From an uncultured Gammaproteobacteria bacterium (GTDB lineage: Bacteria > Patescibacteriota > Microgenomatia > Levybacterales > UBA12049), in NCBI GenBank assembly GCA_964408485.1, contig CAYOZJ010000004.1, forward strand, positions 8,685 through 72,684: a stretch of 64,000 nt of DNA, given 5' to 3'. A program made the position numbers and the translations under genes. Of the stretch, positions 27,197 to 36,735 are shown one piece after another. Positions within the stretch are counted from its first letter, which is position 1; each line of letters opens with the position of its first letter. The notes beneath the pieces were generated by a model that made no database searches, had not been told where the DNA came from, and worked only from the letters and a program-made list of their open reading frames with translations.

Positions 27197-28726
27197 TTAT
27201 TTCTTCTTTGCAGGTCTGATGAAGATAAAAGAAACAATTGCTGCTAAAAATGCGAGTCCTGCATTAATTCCCATAGCCCAGCGGAATGAGTAAACAAAAG
27301 AATTATCTACTACTGCTTGTGCAACCTGTCTTGCATTTTCAGAAAAAGTATTTGGAATAGTAATGCCACCCAAGTCACCCTTCTGGACCATAATCTGTTG
27401 CTGTTCGACATTGCTCAAACTTGATGTTCGCACGGTTTGTTCCAATCTTCCTCCAAAAAGCGCTAGGACAATTGCACCAAGGAGTGCTACTGCCATAAGT
27501 CCTGCAACGCGCGCAACAGCATTATTGACTCCACTTGCGCTTCCTGAATATTTTGTATCTACAGAGAGTGCTGATTTAGTAAGTGGTGCAATGACAAGAC
27601 TCATTCCAAGACCAAATAATACAAGTCCGGGAAGAAACGTCGTAAAGTAATTTGCATGAGTCCCAGGAAGAGCAAGTATTGTCATGCCAATGCCAACAAT
27701 TGCTGGACCAACAATCATAGGGACGCGCGGACCAATCTTATCTGCCAATTGTCCGCCAGGTCCTGAGAGAAATGTGATGAGTAAGATTGTTGGGAGCATA
27801 CCTAGTCCCGCCATAAGTGGGGACCAATGTTGCGCTTGCTGAAGATTGAGTACTAAGAAAAATATGACTCCACTTAAAGCAAAATAGAGAAAAAGCGTTG
27901 CCAAATTTGCGCCAGTTACTAAATTGGATTTAAAAATTTCTATTGGGACAAGTGGATGTTTCACTTTAAGTTCAATAATGGCAAATGTTATGAGCAAGAT
28001 GATTCCTGCAACAAAGGTAGCCCAGACAAGTGGGTTGGTCCATCCAAGGGATGGTTGTTCTATAAGTGCATAGGTAAGTCCTAAAAGTCCCAAGAAAATA
28101 GTAATCGTCCCGCCATAATCAATTGCGCGAAATTCGTGATTTTTTGTTTCGGGGACAAATTTTAGTGTAATAAAAAGTGCCAAAATACCAAGCGGCACAT
28201 TAATAAAAAATATTGATGACCAGCCGAAAAGCTGTACAAGAAATCCTCCAAGAAATGGTCCTAATGCTGCAACTCCTCCGGCAAATCCAGACCAAAGACC
28301 AATTACGCTTCCCCTAACCTTTTCTTCGAATGATGCATTGATAATGCTCAAGGATCCGGGGACCATCATGGCAGCTCCCAATCCCTGCAACGCGCGGAAA
28401 AGAATAAGCTGGAATGTGTTTTGAGAAATTCCGCAAAGTAAAGAAAAAAGCGTAAAAACGCCTATGCCGTAAAGAAAAATTCGTTTGCGGCCAAATTTAT
28501 CGCCCAATGCGCCGCTAATCATAATGAGTGCAGACAAAATAAGAGCGTACGAATTAACAATCCATTGGATATCTCCGAGCGTTGCATGCAATTTTGCCTG
28601 GATTGCAGGGATGGCAATATTTACAACACTTCCATCCAAAAATGCCATGCCCGATGCAAGAATTGTGGCAAAAAGAATAAGCTTCCCTTCCCAGGATTTT
28701 AGACTATATTGATCCATCAATTTCAC
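27197..28726 (-). CDS. MFS transporter, DHA2 (EmrB/QacA-like, 14 TM) drug:H+ antiporter family
   Basis: N-terminal LDGSVVNIAIP and GALGDKFGRKRIF motifs. 14 hydrophobic segments. Confidence 0.85.
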   Translation of the reverse strand: MKLMDQYSLKSWEGKLILFATILASGMAFLDGSVVNIAIPAIQAKLHATLGDIQWIVNSYALILSALIMISGALGDKFGRKRIFLYGIGVFTLFSLLCGISQNTFQLILFRALQGLGAAMMVPGSLSIINASFEEKVRGSVIGLWSGFAGGVAALGPFLGGFLVQLFGWSSIFFINVPLGILALFITLKFVPETKNHEFRAIDYGGTITIFLGLLGLTYALIEQPSLGWTNPLVWATFVAGIILLITFAIIELKVKHPLVPIEIFKSNLVTGANLATLFLYFALSGVIFFLVLNLQQAQHWSPLMAGLGMLPTILLITFLSGPGGQLADKIGPRVPMIVGPAIVGIGMTILALPGTHANYFTTFLPGLVLFGLGMSLVIAPLTKSALSVDTKYSGSASGVNNAVARVAGLMAVALLGAIVLALFGGRLEQTVRTSSLSNVEQQQIMVQKGDLGGITIPNTFSENARQVAQAVVDNSFVYSFRWAMGINAGLAFLAAIVSFIFIRPAKKK

Positions 28727-28791
28727 TGTACAGGAAATTATATACGGCGTCTAGAAGAAAGTTGGCCTGGAAATGATACAATAGAGGCATT

Positions 28792-29631
28792 ATGTTGCAC
28801 ATTCGGCCAGTCACAGAAAAAGATGCTTCAGAGCAAACTCGCGTTGCTTACGAGGATATTAAAAAAACATTCAATATTCATTTTGTCCCGCTTCTTTTCC
28901 AATATATAGCGGGATTTGAAGAGTACTTTCTGTATGTTTGGGAGAAAATAAAAACCAATTTAGAGAGTGAATACTATATAAAGAGTACTGCTGAGCTTAT
29001 CCAACTTTCTCAAAAAAGTATTCACACCATCTATAAAGAGTCTCGGGAGATGTCTCAATCTATTCATGGAATGCATAGTGCAGAAAGGCAGCATATTATG
29101 CAGACAGCGCAGGAGTTGCAAATTCTTAATGCGAAATTACTTTTACTAACGATTGGACTGCGGGAAGGGGTAAAAGGGGTTATTGTTGGAGAGCAAGTAT
29201 TGCCTGATGTAGCACATGAAGAAACAGTTTTTGATCCGTTTATTAATGAAAAAATTATGCATGCAAATGTGAAGCAACAAGAAAAAGACATTGCTCCGGC
29301 AAGCAAAATGCTTGCTCCACTTTTTGGTGCTCAGTCACTTGTTGTGAGTAAATATCCTGAATTTTTTTCACGAGTTGCCGCGGAAATGGACGAGCTGACA
29401 AAATCCGAAAAATATTTACATGAGCGGGTTGTTATGGAGCAGCATACACTCGAAAAGTCGCTTCATTTAACACATCCCTTGGGGTGTACCTATGCGGAAA
29501 TTGCCAGATTTGCAGGGAAGAGGCCCTACTTTAGCGAACTTTTGTATATTTTGGCAGAAACATTTCCAACCCAATTCCCCAGACTTCTCCTTACCTCGAG
29601 TGTCATGGAAAAAGTTTTAAGCAGTAATTAA
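28792..29631 (+). CDS. Hypothetical 279-aa soluble protein
   Basis: No motif recognised. A TACAATAG box lies 8 nt upstream of the ATG. Confidence 0.45.
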   Translation: MLHIRPVTEKDASEQTRVAYEDIKKTFNIHFVPLLFQYIAGFEEYFLYVWEKIKTNLESEYYIKSTAELIQLSQKSIHTIYKESREMSQSIHGMHSAERQHIMQTAQELQILNAKLLLLTIGLREGVKGVIVGEQVLPDVAHEETVFDPFINEKIMHANVKQQEKDIAPASKMLAPLFGAQSLVVSKYPEFFSRVAAEMDELTKSEKYLHERVVMEQHTLEKSLHLTHPLGCTYAEIARFAGKRPYFSELLYILAETFPTQFPRLLLTSSVMEKVLSSN

Positions 29632-29661
29632 GGTGCGGTTATTTAATAGTGCTTGTTAGTA

Positions 29662-29788
29662 GTCTACCCAATTTCAGGATGACGCTCGCTACGGGTTCGC
29701 TAAGTGAAATTTAACACCATATCGCATTCATATAATCTCATGGTTTTCTGCATTAAATTTCAATTCACCTGAGAATTGGGAGTAGCCT
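29662..29788. repeat. Copy 2 of the ~126-nt family E element
   Basis: Shares both terminal blocks and the GTTCGCTAAGTGAAATTT block with 8789-8914. Confidence 0.6.
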
Positions 29789-29885
29789 ACTAATTTCTTT
29801 CTTAATTCTTACTTCTTGATTCATAATTCTCCCCGTAGGGTTGCGTAGCAACATAAAATATGCTTTACTAAATTGAGTATTCATT

Positions 29886-30335
29886 ATGGAAGAAAAAGGC
29901 ACCACATCGGTATTTCACTCACTCACTAATAGGAAATCTGTTAATGGAAGATTTCTACTCGTTAGTCTTGTTGTTGTTATTGCAGGATTTGTTGGTGGAT
30001 ACTTTTTAGTAAGCCTGCAAAGTGCGGCAAGTGTTGCGACCCAATCTGGCACAGCCGTTAACAAATCAAACCTGCAAAAAGGTGCTGCATATGGATCTGA
30101 TGACACAAAGACTTTTAAAGATACCGTAGAAGGACAAGTTGCAACAGGTGGAGTAAATGGGGAAGGACAATTTCATTTAGTCCGTCCTGGTGGAGATAGT
30201 CAGAATGTTTATATGACATCTAGCTTAGTTGATTTATCTCTTTTTGTTGGAAAAAAAGTAAAAGTGTGGGGACAAACCCAAAAAGCCCAAACTGCTGGTT
30301 GGCTTATGGATGTAGGACGGGTTGAAGTTGAATAA
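29886..30335 (+). CDS. Hypothetical signal-anchored protein immediately upstream of ftsE
   Basis: Single N-terminal TM, Gly/Thr-rich extracellular region. Confidence 0.4.
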   Translation: MEEKGTTSVFHSLTNRKSVNGRFLLVSLVVVIAGFVGGYFLVSLQSAASVATQSGTAVNKSNLQKGAAYGSDDTKTFKDTVEGQVATGGVNGEGQFHLVRPGGDSQNVYMTSSLVDLSLFVGKKVKVWGQTQKAQTAGWLMDVGRVEVE

Positions 30336-30337
30336 TC

Positions 30338-31111
30338 ATGATACATCTTCGTAATGTTTCAAAGGTTTTTGGAACCGGTGTTTCCGGTTTATCAGCTATT
30401 ACTCTTGATATCGATAAAGGAGAGTTTGTCTTTTTAGTGGGCAAAACAGGAAGTGGTAAGACAACGCTTCTTAAGCTTCTTATTCGGGAAATTCTTCCAA
30501 CAGAAGGAGAAATAACAATTGGCGAATGGGATATTGTGAATCTTCCTGAAAAACATATCCCACTTCTTCGAAAAAAAGTGGGAGTTATTTTCCAAGATTT
30601 AAAGCTTCTTATGGATAGGACTATTGGCGAGAATATTTTACTCCCTCTTCAGGTTGCCGGACGAAGTCTGCAAGAAGCAAATAATCGAGTCGATGAGTTA
30701 TTGGCAGAAGTTGGTATGACCGAACATAAAGAGAAATTTCCTGTCCAGTTGTCAGGTGGAGAATTGCAGCGTATTGCCATTGCCCGGGCATTAGCGCTAT
30801 CTCCAGAAATTTTACTTGCCGACGAACCAACAGGTAACTTAGATGAAGCAACTGCATTTGATATTGTTGACTTGCTCTCTCGTATTAATGAGCACGGGAC
30901 AACGATTGTTATGGCAACACACAATATGGATATTGTCAAAAAGCTTAAGCAGCGCGTTGTCGGACTTGAAAAAGGAGCGCTCATGGGAGACACCAAGAAA
31001 AGTTCCAAATCCCAAGAAACAAATCCTAAAGAAGAAGATAAAAAAAAGGAAGTTGGAGAAAAGAAAACAGACGAGAAAAAAGAAAAAGAAGAAGCGAAGG
31101 AGGATAAGTAA
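30338..31111 (+). CDS. ftsE: Cell-division ABC ATPase FtsE with Lys/Glu-rich C-terminal tail
   Basis: GKTGSGKTTLLK, LSGGELQRIAIARAL and LLADEPTGNLD. Followed by ftsX. Confidence 0.9.
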   Translation: MIHLRNVSKVFGTGVSGLSAITLDIDKGEFVFLVGKTGSGKTTLLKLLIREILPTEGEITIGEWDIVNLPEKHIPLLRKKVGVIFQDLKLLMDRTIGENILLPLQVAGRSLQEANNRVDELLAEVGMTEHKEKFPVQLSGGELQRIAIARALALSPEILLADEPTGNLDEATAFDIVDLLSRINEHGTTIVMATHNMDIVKKLKQRVVGLEKGALMGDTKKSSKSQETNPKEEDKKKEVGEKKTDEKKEKEEAKEDK

Positions 31112-31185
31112 TTATTGATGATTTATGATTGACCATTGAGTAGAAAATTAGGTTCAATAGTAAATTATCAATAATAAATAACGTT

Positions 31186-32049
31186 ATGCACTGGGATACA
31201 ATGTGGAATCATATTCGAAGATCGCCGTATCAGGCGCTTGCGGCAATTCTTATTATGATGCTGACTTTTTTGGCAGTATCTGTTTTTACCATTCTTATTA
31301 TTGGATCAAGCAGAGTTATTTCCTATTTTGAATCAAAGCCTCAGGTAACGGCATTTTTTAAAGACGATGCAAAGCAAGCAGATATAGATAGTCTCAGGGG
31401 TTCGCTCCAAGCAACAGGAAAAGTATCAGGTATTAAATTTGTGTCAAAGCAAGATGCGCTTAAAATTTATCGCGAACAAAATAAAAATGATCCACTTCTT
31501 TTAGAGCTTGTTACTGCAGATGTATTGCCTGCATCACTTGAAATTTCAGCAAATAACCTTACTGATTTACCTGATTTGTCAACGTATATTAAAGATAATT
31601 CGTCGGTCCAAGAAGTTGTCTATCAAAAGGATGTTGTGAAAGCGCTTACCGCATGGACGAATGCAGTAAAAATTATCGGCATTTTACTTATTGGTCTTTT
31701 GTCTCTTGTCTCTGTATTTATTATGAGCATTATTGTGGGACTCAAAATTTCCCATAAAAAGGATGAAATAGAAATAATGCAACTTATCGGCGCGACAAAA
31801 TGGTATATTAGCAACCCTTTTGTTATGGAAGGAATTTTTTACGGCGTTGTTGGTGCATTTTTTGGATGGTTTGTCAGCTCAGCTGTTCTTTTTGCAACTA
31901 CACCGCTTCTTGAATCATTCCTTCGTGGTATTCCAGTTGTTCCTGTTCCATGGTGGTTTTATGCAGGACTTCTCGGCGGGGAGTTAGTACTCGCAGTACT
32001 TCTTGGAATCTTTTCATCACTGTTGGCAGTCATGAGATACATCAAGTAG
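31186..32049 (+). CDS. ftsX: Cell-division permease-like protein FtsX
   Basis: TM1, large extracytoplasmic loop, then three C-terminal TM helices. Synteny with ftsE. Confidence 0.9.
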   Translation: MHWDTMWNHIRRSPYQALAAILIMMLTFLAVSVFTILIIGSSRVISYFESKPQVTAFFKDDAKQADIDSLRGSLQATGKVSGIKFVSKQDALKIYREQNKNDPLLLELVTADVLPASLEISANNLTDLPDLSTYIKDNSSVQEVVYQKDVVKALTAWTNAVKIIGILLIGLLSLVSVFIMSIIVGLKISHKKDEIEIMQLIGATKWYISNPFVMEGIFYGVVGAFFGWFVSSAVLFATTPLLESFLRGIPVVPVPWWFYAGLLGGELVLAVLLGIFSSLLAVMRYIK

Positions 32050-32094
32050 CATAGAGCGCAGCGCTTAGGGCATAGAGTTTGAAAAGTATGATAT

Positions 32095-33345
32095 ATGGTA
32101 AAAAAATTATGTTTATTGCTGTTTGTACTGATAACATTCGCTTCAGGTAGTTTTACTCAGACTGTTTTTGCACAGGAAACCCCAACGCCAACCACGGATC
32201 CAAATCAACAAACAAGTTCTATTTCGGACTGCTCAGCAAACCATATTAGCGTTGCGGATTGCCCTGGGTATCTGCAAAAGAAATTAAATGATCTTGCTGG
32301 ACAAGAGCAGACGCTTAACTCTCAAATTGCAGTTATGGATGGACAAGTTAAGTTAACCCAAGCGCGCATTTATGCAACAGAAAAACAAATAAGTGATCTA
32401 ACATTGGATATTGATACGGCAAATCAAAAAATTACAACAATTCAATCATCGCTCGATAGTCTCACTAATATTCTCCTTAATCGCGTTGTCGCAACATATG
32501 AAGTTGGAACAATTCAGCCGTTGCAGATGCTTCTTACATCAACTGATGTTGGAGATTTTTTAAAACGATTAAATTATCTTCGTATTGCACAGGCACATGA
32601 TAAGCGTGTTGTTTTTGATGCTGTGCAAGCAAAAAATGATTATCAAAATCAGAAGAATATTTTTGAAGACAAGAAAAAACAAATAGAAGCACTCAAATCC
32701 CAGCTTGATGCATACACAGCGCAGCTCAATCAAGAAAAAGCACAAAAGCAACAACTTCTTGTCCAAACACAAGGATCTGAAGCAACGTACGAAAAGCTTC
32801 TTTCTCAGGCAAGAGCGCAGCTTGCGGGATTTAAGAGTTTTGTTAGCGCGCAGGGAGGTGCATCAATTTTGACCAACCAAACAGTGTGTGATGGTTGGGG
32901 ATGTTACTACAATCAACGAGATGCGCAGTGGGGGAATATTGGTATTAATGGGACTTCAACTTCCATTGCCGAAGCAGGATGTCTCATGACATCTATGGCA
33001 ATGGTTATTTCTCATTATGGACATACAGTTACTCCTTTAGATGTTAACGCACCGGGTAATTTCTTCTCCTCAACTGCATATATGTTGTTTACTATTCATG
33101 TTGCTGGGACAACAGCAACACGGGTCAGCAGTGCGATTGATTCTACGCTTTCCGGTGGCAATCCAGTTATCGTTGGCATATCGTATGATGGCGGTCCTAT
33201 TGCAGATCATTTCGTTGTACTTATTAGTGGAAGTGGTGGAAGCTACATGATGAATGATCCATTTACTCCTAATGGACACAATATTCCATTCACCAGTCAC
33301 TATTCATTAGGTAGTATTGTAGAAATAGAACGAGTAAGTATATAA
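32095..33345 (+). CDS. Secreted coiled-coil protein with C-terminal papain-like (peptidase C39-like/CHAP-like) domain. PcsB/EnvC-type FtsEX partner by position.
   Basis: Signal peptide, ~200-aa coiled coil, C-terminal AEAGCLMTSMAMVISHYGH. A catalytic Cys is likely. Confidence 0.6.
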   Translation: MVKKLCLLLFVLITFASGSFTQTVFAQETPTPTTDPNQQTSSISDCSANHISVADCPGYLQKKLNDLAGQEQTLNSQIAVMDGQVKLTQARIYATEKQISDLTLDIDTANQKITTIQSSLDSLTNILLNRVVATYEVGTIQPLQMLLTSTDVGDFLKRLNYLRIAQAHDKRVVFDAVQAKNDYQNQKNIFEDKKKQIEALKSQLDAYTAQLNQEKAQKQQLLVQTQGSEATYEKLLSQARAQLAGFKSFVSAQGGASILTNQTVCDGWGCYYNQRDAQWGNIGINGTSTSIAEAGCLMTSMAMVISHYGHTVTPLDVNAPGNFFSSTAYMLFTIHVAGTTATRVSSAIDSTLSGGNPVIVGISYDGGPIADHFVVLISGSGGSYMMNDPFTPNGHNIPFTSHYSLGSIVEIERVSI

Positions 33346-33395
33346 ACTTCTTCTGGACAAATAAAAATCTCCACAGATACAATCAAGATACATAT

Positions 33396-34256
33396 ATGAA
33401 GGGTAAAATACTCCAAAGATTTTCTGTCGTGATTTTTTGTGCAGTTGTTTTCTTTACAATACACGCACTTGTACTCGCTGCATCTTTCTCTCTACAAAGT
33501 AATCAATCAGCAATTGGTACAGGTGATGAATATACTGTGAATGCAACACTTTCTATTAGTGCATCAGATGGGACACAGTATTTTCTTCGCGGAGTATTTT
33601 ATCAACCAGGAACATCTAACTACTGCGGCTATACATACAATGGATCATCCTACTACAACGGGCCATATACAACAAATAATGGGTGGCAAAATGTTTTGCC
33701 AATAACAGTCCAAAATAGTAGTTGGAGTGGTACATTAAAAGCAAAAATTGACTCGTCAGATAGTGGGTGTCAGTCGTCCGGTACGTATAATTTTAAAATT
33801 CAACGGTTTACGACATCGGGAAGCGGAACATTTGATAATCAGAATGAGCAAACAATTTCTGTAATAATTCCAACACCAACGCCAACGAATAGTCCAACAT
33901 CAATTCCTGCTGCAACGAGTACCCCTGTTCCAACGACCAAAATTACCTCTTCACCAACCCCGATTAAATCGGGGCCAACACCAAAGCCAACACTAACCCC
34001 CTTCCCGACAGTTCTTTCTGCAAGCACTTCGAGTCAGACAGATGATTCAGGCTTGTCCACAGAAAATACGCCTACAGGAGAGGGACTTGTTGCTGGAATA
34101 AGTGATGAGAGAAAGCCACTTGGTGGCTTTAATCCATTTGCTATTGCGCTTATTGTTATAGGAGTTGGAATCATTCTTACCTGTGGTATACTATTTTTTC
34201 GAGAATGGAAAAAGTCTCGGTTAAGAAAGGACACAGATGAAGTTACACACGAATAG
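33396..34256 (+). CDS. Cell-surface protein: signal peptide, ~150-aa globular domain, Pro/Thr-rich linker, C-terminal TM anchor with basic tail
   Basis: PTPTPTNSPTSIPAATSTPVPTTKITSSPTPIKSGPTPKPTLTP linker, then IALIVIGVGIILTCGILFF and KKSRLRK. Confidence 0.5.
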   Translation: MKGKILQRFSVVIFCAVVFFTIHALVLAASFSLQSNQSAIGTGDEYTVNATLSISASDGTQYFLRGVFYQPGTSNYCGYTYNGSSYYNGPYTTNNGWQNVLPITVQNSSWSGTLKAKIDSSDSGCQSSGTYNFKIQRFTTSGSGTFDNQNEQTISVIIPTPTPTNSPTSIPAATSTPVPTTKITSSPTPIKSGPTPKPTLTPFPTVLSASTSSQTDDSGLSTENTPTGEGLVAGISDERKPLGGFNPFAIALIVIGVGIILTCGILFFREWKKSRLRKDTDEVTHE

Positions 34257-34725
34257 TGCGTTGGAAACGCAAAAAACAGGTGCGGAATTTGCAAAACAAC
34301 TCCGTGGTGGAGATGTTGTTTTATTATATGGGGAATTAGGTGCGGGGAAAACAACATTTACCCAAGGAGTGGCATATGGACTTGGCATTGAAAGGCGAAT
34401 TATTTCTCCAACGTTTATTATTGTGAGAAAGTATGAAGTACCCAGTGTCATTCTGGGGAACGTAGTGACTCCAGAATCTGGTTCAAGAATAGATTCTGGA
34501 CAAGCCAGAATGACGGTTAAAACCCTCTACCACATAGATCTTTATAGAACTCAAACAGATGATGATTTAAAGGGATTAGGGTTACAAGAAATATTAGAAG
34601 AAAAAGATGCAATTGTTGTTATTGAGTGGCCAGAAAAATTGGGTTCTCTTTTCCCAAAGAAAGCATGGGAAGTAAAGTTTGTTGATGACCAGCACGATGA
34701 AAGGGATGTTACAATAGAGAAATAA
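34237..34725 (+). CDS. tsaE: tRNA t6A37 biosynthesis ATPase TsaE (YjeE) carrying an in-frame ~23-aa insertion encoded by a palindromic repeat
   Basis: P-loop YGELGAGKTTF, SPTF and YHIDLYR motifs. The insertion is SVILGNVVTPESGSRIDSGQARM, between SPTF...Y and YHIDLYR. Confidence 0.85.
   Translation: MKLHTNSALETQKTGAEFAKQLRGGDVVLLYGELGAGKTTFTQGVAYGLGIERRIISPTFIIVRKYEVPSVILGNVVTPESGSRIDSGQARMTVKTLYHIDLYRTQTDDDLKGLGLQEILEEKDAIVVIEWPEKLGSLFPKKAWEVKFVDDQHDERDVTIEK
34447..34515. repeat. 69-nt palindrome (family C: GTCATTCTGG...CCAGAATCTGG/..TCTGGACAAGCCAGAATGAC) inside tsaE
   Basis: Arms are reverse complements. Related copies at 38283-38342, 54608-54640 and 54917-54960. Confidence 0.6.
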
Positions 34726-34828
34726 AATTTACCCGTTCGACACTCGATTCAGTGTTTGCTTCGCCGAAGCGGCACAGCTCAGGGATAAATTTTTCCTGAG
34801 CGAATAGAATGAGTCGAAGGATAATCTA

Positions 34829-35407
34829 ATGAACAAAAATATACATAAAGCAATAAGCATTCTTAAATCTGGAGGAATAGTTCTTCTTCCAACAGATACC
34901 GTTTTTGGGATTTGCTGCAGGATAGATAATAAGGAAAGTTTGCAGCGTTTATTTGCAATTAAAAAACGCGATGAGCATCAAGCAGTACCAATACTTGTAA
35001 GTAGTACAGATATGGTAAAGCAGTATGTTGAAGAGTTGGATAATAATGTAGAGCGCCTTATGGAAGACTATTGGCCAGGAGGGTTAACAATTATTTTGAA
35101 AGCAAAAAAAGAAAAAGTTTTATCTCTGGTTAGAGGGGATGGAGATACTATTGGTGTACGAATTCCGGATTTATTATCACCATTTCAAATAATTGAAAAA
35201 TTGGGTGTACCCATTGTTGGCACATCTGCCAATTTTCATGGATTACCATCAGTAACCAAATTTAAAGATTTAGATCCTGAATTGGTTAATCTCGTTGATT
35301 ATGTTTTGGAAGAGGATACTCTTGGTGGAGTTGCGTCAACTGTTGTAGATTGTACTGTTAGTCCATGGAAAATCTTACGCCCAGGAGCTGTTAGCTTAAC
35401 TATTTAA
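34829..35407 (+). CDS. tsaC: L-threonylcarbamoyladenylate synthase TsaC/YrdC-domain protein
   Basis: YrdC fold motifs: LPTDTVFGI, KKRDEHQAVPILV and GTSANFHG. Confidence 0.85.
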   Translation: MNKNIHKAISILKSGGIVLLPTDTVFGICCRIDNKESLQRLFAIKKRDEHQAVPILVSSTDMVKQYVEELDNNVERLMEDYWPGGLTIILKAKKEKVLSLVRGDGDTIGVRIPDLLSPFQIIEKLGVPIVGTSANFHGLPSVTKFKDLDPELVNLVDYVLEEDTLGGVASTVVDCTVSPWKILRPGAVSLTI

Positions 35408-35490
35408 TATTCTTCGAGCAGAGCGAGAAGTTATTCCCCCAAGGGGACTAGCTTCACCGAAACGGCGTACTCCGTTCGAACAATAAATCT

Positions 35491-35787
35491 ATGAACACAC
35501 TTTTTATCGATACAACAAATAATAAAGAAATTATTATCAGATTAGCAATAGATCAAAAATCTTTTGAAGAAAAAGTTGCAATAGAAAATAATAGGACTCA
35601 AGTTGTTTTGCCAACAATCCAAAAGTTATTAAAACAACATGATCTTACGGTTAAGGACATTGAAAAAGTAGAAGTAAATCCTGGACCGGGAAGTTTTACT
35701 GGAGTGAGAGTTGGTGCAGCAATTGCTAATAGTATTATTTTTGCGCTAGGACTTTCGCAAGATCTCATTGAGCCGGTGTATACCTGA
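35491..35787 (+). CDS. tsaB: TsaB (YeaZ)-like protein, unusually short (98 aa, N-terminal subdomain only)
   Basis: EVNPGPGSFTGVRVGAAIANSIIFALG is typical of TsaB/TsaD N-lobe. The rest of the ASKHA fold is absent. Confidence 0.6.
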   Translation: MNTLFIDTTNNKEIIIRLAIDQKSFEEKVAIENNRTQVVLPTIQKLLKQHDLTVKDIEKVEVNPGPGSFTGVRVGAAIANSIIFALGLSQDLIEPVYT

Positions 35788-35811
35788 TGCTATACTAAAA
35801 AAGTACTGTCC

Positions 35812-36735
35812 ATGAATTTATTTAAGCACTTATTTCTTCCGGCATTTTCCAACAATCAACGTGCCAAACTTATCCATAGCCAGGTTATTTTCTTTGTTGT
35901 TTTGCTTCTCGGCGTAGCGTCTTTTGCTATTAGTATTGGAAAGACGCAGTATAAAAGTGTCTTAGGAGTTAGTGTTAATGTCTCTTCGTCAGATTTACTT
36001 GCTCAAACCAATCAAGATAGAATTAATGCAGGTCTTAAGCCACTTGCCTTAAATACACAGCTTTCCGGCGCAGCAGAGGCAAAGGCGCAAGATATGTTTG
36101 CCAAAAACTATTGGGCGCATTTTGGCCCAAATGGAGAAAGTCCGTGGGATTTTATTCATTCGGCAGGGTATAACTATATTTACGCAGGGGAAAATTTAGC
36201 GCGTGGATTTACCTCAAGCACAGATGTAGTGAATGCATGGATGGCAAGTCCTGAACATAGGGCAAATATGCTATCTAATAACTATACCGATGTCGGATTT
36301 GCTATAGAGGAGGGTCGACTTCCAGGTGACAGCAATACTGTTTTGGTTGTTGAGATGTTTGGGAGCACGAATGTCGTTGCAAAGTCAAATGTCCCACCAG
36401 TTGTTGTGCCGCAGGTAACAGAAGCGCCTGTAGCGGTAAGTTCTCCAGCAGGTAAAATTGCTGCTATACCATCCTCAGTTCCTGCTCAGCTAAAGCCAAG
36501 TATTGCACCAGTCTTGTCTGCAGTAAAAAATCAACCAATTTTTGACAGCGCATTTTATTCAAAAGTGCTTAGTCTTTCGCTTTTGTCACTTTTTGTTGTC
36601 ATCTTTGGTATGGATGTTGTGCTTACTGAAAGCAAAAAAACAATTCGTCTTGCCGGACATAGTTTTGACCATTTGCTTTTCCTTATCGCAATTCTTCTTA
36701 TTGCAGTAACATTGGGATTGGGGGTTGTTGGTTAG
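35812..36735 (+). CDS. CAP/SCP-domain (YkwD-like) secreted protein with Pro/Val-rich linker and C-terminal TM
   Basis: NQDRINAGLKPLALNTQLSGAAEAKAQDM, YWAHFGP and YAGENLARGF CAP motifs. Confidence 0.75.
   Translation: MNLFKHLFLPAFSNNQRAKLIHSQVIFFVVLLLGVASFAISIGKTQYKSVLGVSVNVSSSDLLAQTNQDRINAGLKPLALNTQLSGAAEAKAQDMFAKNYWAHFGPNGESPWDFIHSAGYNYIYAGENLARGFTSSTDVVNAWMASPEHRANMLSNNYTDVGFAIEEGRLPGDSNTVLVVEMFGSTNVVAKSNVPPVVVPQVTEAPVAVSSPAGKIAAIPSSVPAQLKPSIAPVLSAVKNQPIFDSAFYSKVLSLSLLSLFVVIFGMDVVLTESKKTIRLAGHSFDHLLFLIAILLIAVTLGLGVVG

Noticed and set aside
29886-30335. Possibility that 29886-30335 or 21904-22335 are spurious
   Set aside because: Both were retained as low-confidence CDS. They fill gene-sized gaps on the coding strand and have plausible signal-anchor helices, but no homology support.
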